NCBI GenBank assembly: GCA_965248535.1 | Contig: CBDFJR010000002.1 | Coordinates: forward strand, 1,792,001 to 1,856,000 | Direction: 5' to 3' | DNA from: Phormidesmis sp. | GTDB taxonomy: Bacteria; Cyanobacteriota; Cyanobacteriia; Leptolyngbyales; Leptolyngbyaceae | Length of the DNA stretch: 64,000 nt | Shown here: piece by piece, positions 9,235 to 19,468 of the stretch | Numbering within the stretch: the first letter of the stretch is position 1 | Layout: each line of letters begins with the position of its first letter | Notes under the pieces: model-generated | Seen by the model: only the letters and a program-made list of their open reading frames with translations | What the model was told of the DNA's origin: nothing | The model's database searches: none | Made by a program: the position numbers and the translations under genes

Positions 9235-10407
9235 ATGCACAAAAGCAACAAACTGCTCAACTGGTGGAATTTGATGACTCCGGTCGCCCGTGCGGTGACG
9301 ATCGGGCTGGTGGCCCCTCTGTTGGTTCTAAACGCTTGGGCGATTTCGTCGATCTTCGACTATTTCCACTCGCTGCTGGTGATTTTAATTGCGGCTTCGC
9401 TGCTGACGTTCCTGCTTAACTACCCGGTGAGCTTTATGCAGGCTCATGGCGCGACCCGCGGCCGAGCCGCGATCGTTGTGTTTCTGTTCACGCTCTCAAT
9501 CTTTTTGGGGTTGGGCGTGACGCTGGTGCCCCTAGCGATCGAGCAAGCCCAACAGCTAGTCTTGCGATTGCCCGAATGGTTTGACTCAGGGCAACGACAG
9601 CTATTTTTGCTCAATGACCAGATCGAGAGTGCCGGGTTTCCGATCAATTTAGATATCTTGGCAGAACAGATCACCGATCGCCTTAAAAGTTCTCTTCAGG
9701 GCATCACGGGCGAAGTCTTAAATCTCGCTGTGTTTACCGTGACGAGCTTGCTCGATTTTCTGTTGACGCTGGTGCTGACCTTCTATCTTTTGCAGCATAG
9801 CGATCTGCTCTGGCAAAGTCTGATCGAGTGGCTGCCCACCCCTATTCGTCAACCCTTTTCTCAAACGCTGCGCCTCAGCTTTCAGAACTTTTTCTTTGGG
9901 CAACTGATTTCAGCGACGTTGATGGGTTCGACCCTAACGATTATTTTTCTCGTGATGCGGGTGCCGTTTGGGTTGCTGTTTGGGCTGACGATCGGCACGA
10001 TGGCGCTGGTGCCGTTTGGCGGCTCGGTGGGCATTGCGCTGGTGACGCTCTTGGTGGCGCTGCGAGATATTGGAGTCGGTGTTGAGGTGTTGATCGCCGC
10101 GCTGATCGTGCAGCAGATTGTCGAAAATCTGATTGCCCCCAGAGTGATTGGCAGCGTCACGGGCTTAAACCCAGTTTGGGTATTTTTGGCGATTTTGACG
10201 GGGGCAAGAGTCGGTGGTCTGTTAGGCGTTGTGATTGCGGTGCCGACTGCGGTGGTGATTAAGAGTGCGCTGGTGGCCCTACGATCGCCCACCCCATTGA
10301 TTGTCGCGTCAGCCGATCATGCCGTGGTTGCTCAAACTAGCCCGATCGCCGAAAAGCCAGAACAAAAACCCAAAGAGGTTGCTTCGAGCCACCCCGTAGA
10401 AAGTTAG
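9235..10407 (+). CDS. AI-2E family (PerM/UPF0118) transporter
   Basis: QQIVENLIAPRVIG..GLNPVW..GGLLGVVIAVP signature. Confidence 0.88.
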   Translation: MHKSNKLLNWWNLMTPVARAVTIGLVAPLLVLNAWAISSIFDYFHSLLVILIAASLLTFLLNYPVSFMQAHGATRGRAAIVVFLFTLSIFLGLGVTLVPLAIEQAQQLVLRLPEWFDSGQRQLFLLNDQIESAGFPINLDILAEQITDRLKSSLQGITGEVLNLAVFTVTSLLDFLLTLVLTFYLLQHSDLLWQSLIEWLPTPIRQPFSQTLRLSFQNFFFGQLISATLMGSTLTIIFLVMRVPFGLLFGLTIGTMALVPFGGSVGIALVTLLVALRDIGVGVEVLIAALIVQQIVENLIAPRVIGSVTGLNPVWVFLAILTGARVGGLLGVVIAVPTAVVIKSALVALRSPTPLIVASADHAVVAQTSPIAEKPEQKPKEVASSHPVES

Positions 10408-10510
10408 GGCGATCACCAGAGAAAATCCTAAAACAATGCACCCTTTAGCCAAGGCTAGAGAGTGCAATTGAGGGGAGCGATCAAATCCATCTCAGAAACG
10501 CAGGACTCCG

Positions 10511-10861
10511 CTATGCGTCGGAGGTTTCTGCGATCGCGTCTGCGGTAGTTTCTTCTTCAGCGCCCGCGTCTGGCTGAGGTTCAGGGGCGATCGGAGCCTT
10601 CACAGGTTTTGGCCCCCGCATCAAAGCCGGGTTTGTCATCTGTCTGGGTTCATCGTCTTGAGAGCCTCTTTTGCCTCTGCCTGATGAACGGTCATTGCTC
10701 CGCCCAGATGGACGATCGTCGCTGCGTTCGGATGAACTGGATGAACCTGATGAGCGCTGGGGCTTTGAGGGAGCAGAAGGCTTAGAATCTGAGGTTTGGG
10801 AAGGGGCCTCAGACGAATTTTCGGCCGGCCGCTCAGATTTCTTGATGGGACGTTCTACCAT
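10511..10861 (-). CDS. Low-complexity conserved cyanobacterial hypothetical protein
   Basis: MVERPIKKSER and NPALMRGPKP motifs flanking disordered sequence. Confidence 0.65.
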   Translation of the reverse strand: MVERPIKKSERPAENSSEAPSQTSDSKPSAPSKPQRSSGSSSSSERSDDRPSGRSNDRSSGRGKRGSQDDEPRQMTNPALMRGPKPVKAPIAPEPQPDAGAEEETTADAIAETSDA

Positions 10862-11045
10862 GGGTTGCTTCTGTTGACTCCTTTGCTATCATATCTTGCC
10901 AAGGGCCAGACTGAACTGATTTCTCGCCGCCAACCGAACGAATATCAGACGGCTTTCACCCCGTCAGCAACCTGAGAAACTATTCACACTTCGTTACACT
11001 AAAGACATCAATCAAGCGTGAACGCTCTATCTCAGAGGTCGCTGT

Positions 11046-12167
11046 ATGAACGGCAATATTCGCATCGGTTCTCTATTTGGCATTCCTTTTTACGTTAACC
11101 CGTCTTGGTTTTTAGTGCTGGGATTATTCACCTGGAGCTATAGCGGCGGCATTGCGGCTCAATTTCCAGAGTTAACGAGTGGCGTGCCTCTGCTGTTGGG
11201 TTTAGTGACTTCACTCCTATTGTTTGCTTCAGTGCTAGCGCACGAGTTGGGACACAGTTTTATTGCGCTGCGTCAAGGGATCGGGGTGCAGTCAATCACG
11301 CTGTTTTTATTTGGAGGACTGGCTAGCCTCGACCAAGAATCAAAAACCCCTGGCGAAGCGTTTTGGGTGGCGATCGCGGGCCCAGTGGTTAGCCTGCTGC
11401 TGTTTGGGCTGTTGAGTTTGACGATAGCAACCGGAGCCACCACTCCACTGACGGCGATTCTGGGTTTATTGGCTTCTGTTAATTTGGCGCTGGCTCTGTT
11501 TAACTTGATTCCGGGGCTGCCGCTAGATGGAGGCAACATTCTCAAAGCACTGGTCTGGAAGGTGACAGGCAACCCTTATAAAGGAGTCACGTTTGCCAGT
11601 CGGGTGGGGCAGCTTTTTGGCTGGGTCGCGATCGCGTCTGGGCTGCTGCCATTTTTCATCTCAGGCAGTCTTGACAATGTTTGGAATCTGTTGATTGGGG
11701 TGTTCTTGTTGCAAAATGCAGGCCGAGCCGGACAGTCTGCCAAAATTCAAGAACAGTTTTTAGGACTGACTGCGGCCGATGCTGTGGCACCCAATAGCCC
11801 GATCGTGTCTGATCAGCTTTCGCTTAGAGAGTTTGCCGATCAACAAATTTTGAGCCGTGACAATTGGCGTAAATTTTTAGTGACTAACCCAGAGGGGCAA
11901 CTGGTCGGAGAGATCGCGATCGAGGCTTTGCAAACCCGATCGGTCGAGCAGTGGATTGACACTCAGGTGAAGGATTTAATGAAGCCGATCGAGCCATCGC
12001 TGACAGTCGCATCGGGTCAACCGTTGCTAGAAGTGGTGAAGCTCCTAGAAGAAAAGCAGTTGCCTGCGTTAACCGTTGTCCGAGATAATGGGGTGCTAGT
12101 TGGCATTTTAGAGAAAGCCTCGATTCGAGATTTGCTCCAGCGTCGCACTCAAGCCTCTCTTGCTTAA
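11046..12167 (+). CDS. Site-2 protease (M50) with CBS domains
   Basis: HELGH, AGP, NLIPGLPLDGG; C-terminal CBS pair. Confidence 0.92.
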   Translation: MNGNIRIGSLFGIPFYVNPSWFLVLGLFTWSYSGGIAAQFPELTSGVPLLLGLVTSLLLFASVLAHELGHSFIALRQGIGVQSITLFLFGGLASLDQESKTPGEAFWVAIAGPVVSLLLFGLLSLTIATGATTPLTAILGLLASVNLALALFNLIPGLPLDGGNILKALVWKVTGNPYKGVTFASRVGQLFGWVAIASGLLPFFISGSLDNVWNLLIGVFLLQNAGRAGQSAKIQEQFLGLTAADAVAPNSPIVSDQLSLREFADQQILSRDNWRKFLVTNPEGQLVGEIAIEALQTRSVEQWIDTQVKDLMKPIEPSLTVASGQPLLEVVKLLEEKQLPALTVVRDNGVLVGILEKASIRDLLQRRTQASLA

Positions 12168-12223
12168 ACAGGCGCGGGGTTGATGATTTGACCCTTCGAT
12201 TTCTAATAGACCCCGCTACAACC

Positions 12224-13435
12224 ATGCTGAATCTAAGTCAACTTCTGAAGGAAAAGATCGAGATCATTACTCAACAGTGGGTAGAGTCGGTTTCTGCCGA
12301 TCGTCAGATCAAAAGTGCTGATTCACTGCCACGATCGGCGATCAGAAATCATATTCCCATGGTTCTCAAGGCGCTGGTGACGATTTTATCGCAATCAGCC
12401 GTGAGTGACACTCAGGCAGTGGTTCGTGAAAGCTTGGTTCATGGGTCTGTTAGAGCCGAGCAGGGGTTTGATGCGGCTGAGATCGCACGAGAATATCATC
12501 TTTTGCGATCGACGATCTTTAAAAATCTTCGGGCAGATTTAGTTAAAACAACGCCAGAAGAAGTCTTTAAGATCATGGTGCTGATTGATCAAGTAGTCGA
12601 TGAAGCGATCGCGCAGTGCTTTAAAAGCTATATGCAAGAACGATTGCATGAGCTAGAAAACCTGCAAAGTCAATTGATTTTAAATAATCAAGAATTGAGT
12701 CGATTAATTCGGGCTAGTCAAGTCAATTTATCTCACCTCGCTCACGAATTAAAAACGCCTCTAAGCTCGATTATCAGCTATTCAGAATTATTTTTAAACC
12801 AGCAGCGCCGCGAACCGTTAAAAGATTCTGTTCCTAGTTTGGAGCATATCGATCGGGTGCTGCGAAATGGTCGCCGCTTGCTGCGATTGATCAATGATGC
12901 TCTAGAGCTTTCTCGCCATGAGACGGGCACTATTGAGCTTCGGTTAGAGTGGATAGATGTGCGATCGGTGATTCAGTCTGTGCTCGAAGTGGTGCAGCCG
13001 TTAGCCGACGCGCAAACCCTACACATTTCATGGGACTGCACTCCTGACTTTCCGCCCGTGTGGACTGATTCCTTTCGTCTGCAACAGATTTTGATTAACC
13101 TGATGAGCAATGCCATTCGCTATACGCAAACGGGTCGCGTATCGCTAGAGTGCTGTGCCTTAGACGCGGATCAATGGGCCCTGAAGGTCATCGATACGGG
13201 GGTTGGCATCTTACCAGACATTCAATCCCGAATTTTTGATCCCTTTTTTAGAGGGCTGCCCTCTAAGGCGGGTTCAACTCCTGACGGCACCGGGCTGGGG
13301 TTAGCGATCGTAGATCTGTTGGTCAAGCGACTAGAAGGAACAATCTCGGTAACGTCTGAAGTTGGGGTCGGGTCTGTGTTTACGATCGTGTTGCCCATTA
13401 AACTCTCCAGTGCTGACAGCCTAGCAGTAGAGTGA
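12224..13435 (+). CDS. Sensor histidine kinase with RsbRD-like N-terminal domain
   Basis: HG..RAEQGFD...EY N-domain; AHELKTPL H-box; N, DTGVGI, GTGLGL boxes. Confidence 0.88.
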   Translation: MLNLSQLLKEKIEIITQQWVESVSADRQIKSADSLPRSAIRNHIPMVLKALVTILSQSAVSDTQAVVRESLVHGSVRAEQGFDAAEIAREYHLLRSTIFKNLRADLVKTTPEEVFKIMVLIDQVVDEAIAQCFKSYMQERLHELENLQSQLILNNQELSRLIRASQVNLSHLAHELKTPLSSIISYSELFLNQQRREPLKDSVPSLEHIDRVLRNGRRLLRLINDALELSRHETGTIELRLEWIDVRSVIQSVLEVVQPLADAQTLHISWDCTPDFPPVWTDSFRLQQILINLMSNAIRYTQTGRVSLECCALDADQWALKVIDTGVGILPDIQSRIFDPFFRGLPSKAGSTPDGTGLGLAIVDLLVKRLEGTISVTSEVGVGSVFTIVLPIKLSSADSLAVE

Positions 13436-13452
13436 CGATCGAGCTTTTGTGC

Positions 13453-16400
13453 TTAAAGAATTTGCTCCAAAATAGTTGGGTCTTGAATCTCTTTGTCTTT
13501 TGAGAGCAACACCACTTTAGAAATCACTTCTGCGGTTTTTGGATCATTATCAACAAACGGCAGAAAGATGCGACCGCGATGCTGAGAAGAGACTGGAATA
13601 ATGCAAAGCGCTCCGCCAGGCTGACGGTGAACCATCGCACTTCCCAAGTGAATTGAATAGCTTCCTAAGTGCCCCTCAATGAGAATGTGCTGGCTCTGAA
13701 TTTGGACATTTGAGAGCTTCAGCAAGCGACAGGTTTCTCGCACTAAGGTCGATCGCATCTCTACGGTCGAGGCCGTCGCTTCGGGATCGACACCGCCCTG
13801 ATGGGCCACACTGACGACTAAATCTAAATCTCGCATCACCTCACTTAACAAAGCGGGAGGAACGTCGGTTAAAGGTAAGGGTTTCCATTCATCGCGGCGA
13901 TAGAAGCGCACCTCTGCGATCGTTAATCCTTCCACTTCCAGCGGTGTATATGCTCCATTCAGAAAGTCTACTTCTGCGATTAACCCTTCTGTGTGAAAGG
14001 TGCGGCGCACACCTTGATCGGGTGAGGCAATCCAGCCGCGTTGCCCAAATAGCGCGATCGCTTGTCGCGGGTTGACCTGATGCCCTTCATAGCGGCGCGA
14101 CCCGGTTACAGATTGCTCGGCGGCAGTCAAAACATATAGCTCACGGAACACTTGTTTAAAGGGTTGAGCACGCGACTGATTAAAACAATCCTGCTGCCAC
14201 AAAGTCCACTCGTTAGAGCGCAGCAAATCGTAAGGGTGAGCAATTTGGAGCGTGTCGGATTGAATGGCTCGAAGAGTTCCGTCATGGTGACGTAATCCAG
14301 TCTGCTCCAGATAGCCAAGGTCACGATCGGTGTTGCCAAACTCTGTCGGATCGCTCACTAAAATCAGTTGGCTCAACATCGGTGCCAGTACTGGATGATT
14401 GCAAAGCTGAATCAATTCGTCAACGCTAAAGCGATCGCCACGACACATCGCTTTCTCTAACGAAATTCGCATTCGAGACGCTTGTTTGATGATGTCTTGT
14501 TTCCGGCTAGTGAGAGCCTGAATTTGGAGATCTTTCCTGAGTTTGGCAGGAATCGCTTTTAGAGGTTTTCCAGCTTTAGAAACTGCAATTTCGGGTTCTC
14601 CGATCGCGCTGATCGATAAACTCACCGTTGTGGAGTCGATTGTAATGGTTTGCGCCTGACCCACAAGATCAGCAACAGCCGCCGCTTCCATCGCCCATTG
14701 CAGCCGTTGAGGATCGACAAAACCTGCTGTTCTGGCTAGATTTTCTAGACCGATTTCAACCGCAAGTTTTTCGCTGGCTTGACGCTGAGAGCCAAACGCT
14801 TTGCCCGATCGCAGAAACTCTTGCAGCAATTGATAGCGATCGAGTAATTCTGGCCCGCGTTTTTTGCCCTTGGGTAGGGGCAACAATCCCAAAGCGCGAA
14901 CTGCATCTTGGTGGCGTTTTTGGGTGATGCGATCGCGCACCTCTCCAGCGTCAAGATTGCCGAGCATCGCGTCTGCAAATAGCTTTGCGCGCTGATGTCC
15001 GGCTCCGCTTGATGCAAATTGCGCCATCTCATAGATCTGCTGCCAGTGTTCCTTTTTTAACCGCTTGCGAAGGCTCAAAAACCAGGCAACATCGACTGCA
15101 CCATCCATTAAACTTTGGTTTGAGAGCGGCGTGCGTTCGCTGATTTGAGCCGCCCAAGTTTCGCGGATATCTGGCTCAACTGACCAGCTAGTGTCTTTAG
15201 TGTGAGCGTGAATCCACCACACAGCATCTGCAAAGCCAGCCCAGCCTAATGAATGCTCTACATAGTTCACCCACTGCGGCGCATAGAAAGCAAACTGAAT
15301 AAGCTTCTCATCAGAAATTTGGGCAGAAACTACGCGCTGTTTAAACTCCTCTGGCGTGTCATCTGAAGCCGGAAAACTGACGCGCATTAAATGACTCAAC
15401 ACAGCCGCTTTGCTGAGATTGTTATAGCTATAGCCCCGGACTGGTTTTTCTGATCCGAGTGCTTGAATCAGTTGGATCACGGTAGGAATTCCGGTGAGCG
15501 ATCGTAGAGCACACGCTGCACTCGAAGCGGCCGTCGGAAAGTCACCTCGCTGAAGCTCAACAGCAAGAATGCGCTGCCGAACCCGATCGGCGATTTCAAA
15601 CAAGTACGAAAAGGCTTCGTAGTGAGCTTGTGGTTTGCGTCGAGTCAGTTCAGCTAGCTCTAAGAAACTAGTTCTGAAGGTTGCTTTTGCCTCAGCAAGG
15701 CTGCTCTGGGTCAAGTCATGCGCGGCTCGATCGGGTTCTGGTGCGCCGACTAGATGAAAAATCAGATCCGCTTCTTTTGCTTCTCCAGCCTGATAAGCTC
15801 TATAAACATCCCACAGAGTTGTGATTGCATAGTGAGACGGCACCCAACGATCGACCCAACACGCTAACTGCCACCATCGCACTCGATAAACTTGCTGCTG
15901 GTCTTCGGAAATTAAGAACTCATAGACTTGGGCATGACGAATCCATGCAGTGATAAATCCATTAACTCGATTGCGAAATCCCCAGTAATGGTTATTGTGC
16001 CATTCGGGATGAGTTGAGAGGTCGCTAATCGGAATGACCTGGAGAATCTGAGCGATCGCGTTTAAGATGAACTCCGATGATTTCTGAGGGGGATGCAAGT
16101 AGATTAACCATTTTACAATCGAGCGAACGATATAGGGATACTGAAGAGATTCAAACAAAGGTTCTACTAAGTTCTCAAGAGTGATCTGGAGGGAATTCAA
16201 GATCTCTTGATCTTCTACATCAGATAAGTCATCTTGATCACGGTGTTCTAACGCTGGCGAGATCGCTCGAAATAACTCTAACTCGTCGTCATCGCGTAAT
16301 TCAGGAGTTCGCTGTTGCCACCAATTTTCCCAAACGTCGCTCAAAGGCAAATTCGCAACGTTTTCCGATCGAGATAAATGCGGATCAATATCCGAAAATC

Positions 16401-18414
16401 CCCAATTGAGGTTTCCCAGCAGATCTTCTTCTTCACCCTGCCAGGTCTTGACTCTGACTGGGGTTTGGCGATGTTGGTGAATCAGTTGGTCTAGGGCTAC
16501 TAAGCAAGCCATTGACGCAGGTGTGCTAAACCTAACGGGTGAAGTCGGTTCTGGAGTAACGATCGGGGTTAATTCCTCCACAGCCACTAACCCTAGCGCG
16601 TCGGTTAAGGTGGCTGCTTTCGTTTCAGGTTCTAGGATAGTTGTCAACAATTGTTCTTCAGTAACCGTTGGTTTTGATCGCTGCGCCTGATAAGCGATCG
16701 CTAGCTGGCGACAAGGGTCAACCGTTCTCTGACTCAACACCAACTCGCGCAACAGTTCCAATCCGGCTTGTCGCTGGGGGGCTTGTTTGGCTGCCAACAG
16801 TCGTTGGGCAGACGCGATCGCTAGTTCATCAGGTTGATTGAGCAACAATCCTAAAATCCCGCGCCGCAGATCACTGGCTTTGCGGGTCATCAACTGTTCA
16901 ACTAGAGTGCTTTCGGCGATCGTGATCGTGCATTGATGCAATAGTCTAATCACAGCTTGTCGCACCCACTGACTAGCATCGCCAACTAGCCTAAACAGCG
17001 TCTCTCGAATCTCTGCATCCCACGGCTGCACGGCTGCCAACAATTGCGCCACTTCCTGACGTTTATACGCATCCATGACTGATAAAAATGGAATTAATCG
17101 TTTTGGCGATCGGGTTCCTAAATGATTCACCATCGCGGTTGCAACCAGTTCCTGGCTTGATTCCAGTCGTATCCAGTCCCACACGATCGTAGCAATTTTC
17201 GGCTTTTCAGGAAACCGCAGCAAATTGTTCTCTAATTGCTCAAATACTTCAGAGATCTTCATCACCTCATCTGAACAGTAGCGAAATGCCTGAACTGCAT
17301 GAGTTGCAACCCGCAAATCTGGATCGTTAACCGCCTCTATCAAGGCTAATCGCGCTGGTGTCACGTCTAACTGAGTTAGGAAATGAACGGCAACAAAGCG
17401 ATGAGTCGGTTCAGAACGTTGCAACAGAGGAACCGCGATATTGATGGCCGCGATCGCGTCTCTAAACCCAAAACTCCAGAGTGCTAAATAAACCGTTTGC
17501 GGATTAGAACTCTCTAACGCAGCTTGCCGAACTGTTTCGTCGCCCAACAACTCGCTGACTTGAGTCAAAATTTGTTTAGCTAGCTTCTCGTTGAGCGACT
17601 CTAAGCCAAAGCCAAACCAGACATCGATCGCCCGAATCACGGCACTAAATCGAGTTAGATTCTCGGCCACAATCAGCTTTAGCATTCGCTCAAAGGCGAT
17701 CGGGTGGGCTTCATCAATTGTTTCTAAAATTGTTTGTCGCAAACCCTCTTGTCGCTGCGCGGCTAACAACAACCGCTCAACAAACTCCCAGCCTTCGGGT
17801 CGATTGGCTACCAGCAACCCACGAGTAATATGCCGCCCCATTGCCCCAATCTCATGCTCTCCTTGAGCCGAGTCGAGCAAAATTTGAGTAATGCGTTGCC
17901 CTGGCTCATCGCCTTGATCAATTGCGGCTGCAAACAAGATCCCAAACGCATCCATGCCCCTTCGCAGATAAGGAACCCAAGCTGCAAACCACGCTAGATC
18001 TTGATCATATCCCTCGACTGTCTCAATCAGAATTTGGAGCCAACTGTTCCTACTTTGCTGAAACTGCGGGTGATGCGGAGCGCGAAACGATCGCCGACTA
18101 TAGCCCGATTGGTAGGGCAACTGAGCATGATGATGCCAAGCCGCCGCCACGATCGCGCCAAACTTGGGGAACAAACCATTAAAAATCGGTGTGAGATCGT
18201 CAACACTGTCCAACTGTTGCAGCGCGGTTTCTCGGTACTTATGAACTAACTGATAGTCTGTTGACGAATGACCCTGTGCATCACAACCTAACAACCCATA
18301 AGCGATCGGGCGCATCGAGTCAGGCAAGTCCGCTATGTGTTGAAGTCGTAGCGATCGCCAATTTTTGTCATAAACCTGCTTCAGTTGAGCTTGGGCAACT
18401 TCATGATTCAGCAT
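13453..18414 (-). CDS. Giant HEAT-repeat protein with DUF5724/DUF4132-type (MolR/YehI-related) C-terminal region
   Basis: 1653 aa; HEAT-like units (DPDLRVA, DASQWVR); FGSQRQASE, LENLARTAG, QPFKQVFRELY, SEVMRDLDL, YSIHLGS, FLPFVD motifs. Confidence 0.8.
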   Translation of the reverse strand: MLNHEVAQAQLKQVYDKNWRSLRLQHIADLPDSMRPIAYGLLGCDAQGHSSTDYQLVHKYRETALQQLDSVDDLTPIFNGLFPKFGAIVAAAWHHHAQLPYQSGYSRRSFRAPHHPQFQQSRNSWLQILIETVEGYDQDLAWFAAWVPYLRRGMDAFGILFAAAIDQGDEPGQRITQILLDSAQGEHEIGAMGRHITRGLLVANRPEGWEFVERLLLAAQRQEGLRQTILETIDEAHPIAFERMLKLIVAENLTRFSAVIRAIDVWFGFGLESLNEKLAKQILTQVSELLGDETVRQAALESSNPQTVYLALWSFGFRDAIAAINIAVPLLQRSEPTHRFVAVHFLTQLDVTPARLALIEAVNDPDLRVATHAVQAFRYCSDEVMKISEVFEQLENNLLRFPEKPKIATIVWDWIRLESSQELVATAMVNHLGTRSPKRLIPFLSVMDAYKRQEVAQLLAAVQPWDAEIRETLFRLVGDASQWVRQAVIRLLHQCTITIAESTLVEQLMTRKASDLRRGILGLLLNQPDELAIASAQRLLAAKQAPQRQAGLELLRELVLSQRTVDPCRQLAIAYQAQRSKPTVTEEQLLTTILEPETKAATLTDALGLVAVEELTPIVTPEPTSPVRFSTPASMACLVALDQLIHQHRQTPVRVKTWQGEEEDLLGNLNWGFSDIDPHLSRSENVANLPLSDVWENWWQQRTPELRDDDELELFRAISPALEHRDQDDLSDVEDQEILNSLQITLENLVEPLFESLQYPYIVRSIVKWLIYLHPPQKSSEFILNAIAQILQVIPISDLSTHPEWHNNHYWGFRNRVNGFITAWIRHAQVYEFLISEDQQQVYRVRWWQLACWVDRWVPSHYAITTLWDVYRAYQAGEAKEADLIFHLVGAPEPDRAAHDLTQSSLAEAKATFRTSFLELAELTRRKPQAHYEAFSYLFEIADRVRQRILAVELQRGDFPTAASSAACALRSLTGIPTVIQLIQALGSEKPVRGYSYNNLSKAAVLSHLMRVSFPASDDTPEEFKQRVVSAQISDEKLIQFAFYAPQWVNYVEHSLGWAGFADAVWWIHAHTKDTSWSVEPDIRETWAAQISERTPLSNQSLMDGAVDVAWFLSLRKRLKKEHWQQIYEMAQFASSGAGHQRAKLFADAMLGNLDAGEVRDRITQKRHQDAVRALGLLPLPKGKKRGPELLDRYQLLQEFLRSGKAFGSQRQASEKLAVEIGLENLARTAGFVDPQRLQWAMEAAAVADLVGQAQTITIDSTTVSLSISAIGEPEIAVSKAGKPLKAIPAKLRKDLQIQALTSRKQDIIKQASRMRISLEKAMCRGDRFSVDELIQLCNHPVLAPMLSQLILVSDPTEFGNTDRDLGYLEQTGLRHHDGTLRAIQSDTLQIAHPYDLLRSNEWTLWQQDCFNQSRAQPFKQVFRELYVLTAAEQSVTGSRRYEGHQVNPRQAIALFGQRGWIASPDQGVRRTFHTEGLIAEVDFLNGAYTPLEVEGLTIAEVRFYRRDEWKPLPLTDVPPALLSEVMRDLDLVVSVAHQGGVDPEATASTVEMRSTLVRETCRLLKLSNVQIQSQHILIEGHLGSYSIHLGSAMVHRQPGGALCIIPVSSQHRGRIFLPFVDNDPKTAEVISKVVLLSKDKEIQDPTILEQIL

Positions 18415-18468
18415 TTTTCAAAGGCTCCTACAAAAACAACGCAGCAGATCACCCTTTAGCCTTCCCAA

Positions 18469-18900
18469 TCACCCACCGACGAGCGGAACTAACCGCAAAA
18501 AAAGCAACTGCGATCGGGCTTTTAGTCTGACCCGCGTCTCCAGATCTTCGATCTGCTCGTCTTCTAAAAACACAAAATACAGTCCATCCACAAACGCTTG
18601 CAGTGCATTATCCACGGCGGTTTGACTATCAACGGCTTGATCTAGCTCACTGCCACCCGCGTCAATCTTGCCGTGTTCTACACCGAGTTGAATCTGATCA
18701 GGACTTAAAACTGTTAACAGTCGCCGTTGACTCTGACGAGCTTCAAACGCTGTGACCTCAGCTTGAACAATATGAGTGAGCAGCGATCGTAGGGTCATCT
18801 CTCCGTCACTCAACTCCGTTGGTAAAGACAATTCCCAACTGGCAAAAGCCGGGCGAGTTTTACCCATCACCTTCCCAGAAATTGTGAGTGTTGTTGTCAT
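18469..18900 (-). CDS. Putative beta-grasp/ubiquitin-like (MoaD/ThiS-like) protein with C-terminal Gly-Gly
   Basis: Ends LFLRLVPLVGG-stop; TLRSLL helix and FVFLEDEQIEDLETRVRL pattern parallel MoaD/ThiS. Confidence 0.6.
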   Translation of the reverse strand: MTTTLTISGKVMGKTRPAFASWELSLPTELSDGEMTLRSLLTHIVQAEVTAFEARQSQRRLLTVLSPDQIQLGVEHGKIDAGGSELDQAVDSQTAVDNALQAFVDGLYFVFLEDEQIEDLETRVRLKARSQLLFLRLVPLVGG

Positions 18901-19065
18901 AAAAAGAAAATTAATTTAGATCAATTGTACTATAAGTTTGTTCGTCTTGAAGTCCGATAATCTTCAGATTGCCTGATCTTAGTCCTTCTCTCTAACCCGT
19001 TTCATGGCATGATTTCAGAGTCACACCGCTTTTGACACGAGAGCGATCGCACCCAGCCATTTGCC

Positions 19066-19416
19066 ATGAGCGAAACTAACGACACTATTTTCGGCAAGAT
19101 CATCCGCAGAGAGATTCCGGCCGATATTGTTTATGAAGACAATCTCGCCTTGGCCTTTCGTGACGTAAATCCCCAAGCGCCTGTGCATATTTTGGTGATT
19201 CCTAAACAAGCGATCGCTAAACTCTCAGACGCAGACTCTCCAGACCACGCTTTAATGGGGCACCTGCTGCTAACGGCAAAGCGAGTCGCCCAACAAGTCG
19301 GACTCACCAACGGCTATCGCGTCGTGATTAACACAGGCGAAGAGGGCGGACAAACCGTTAATCACCTGCATTTGCATATCCTTGGGGGTCGCCCAATGAC
19401 GTGGCCTCCTGGTTAG
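19066..19416 (+). CDS. Histidine triad nucleotide-binding protein (HINT)
   Basis: HLHLHILGGR.M.WPPG. Confidence 0.95.
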   Translation: MSETNDTIFGKIIRREIPADIVYEDNLALAFRDVNPQAPVHILVIPKQAIAKLSDADSPDHALMGHLLLTAKRVAQQVGLTNGYRVVINTGEEGGQTVNHLHLHILGGRPMTWPPG

Positions 19417-19468
19417 GCAAACCCTTGCCCTAATGCGCTAGGATCTGGACAGAATCGGAGGAAAGATC

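Noticed and set aside
10983..11000. HLR1/RpaB-like direct repeat TTCACACT-TC-GTTACACT upstream of the site-2 protease
   Set aside because: Too degenerate to support without data.
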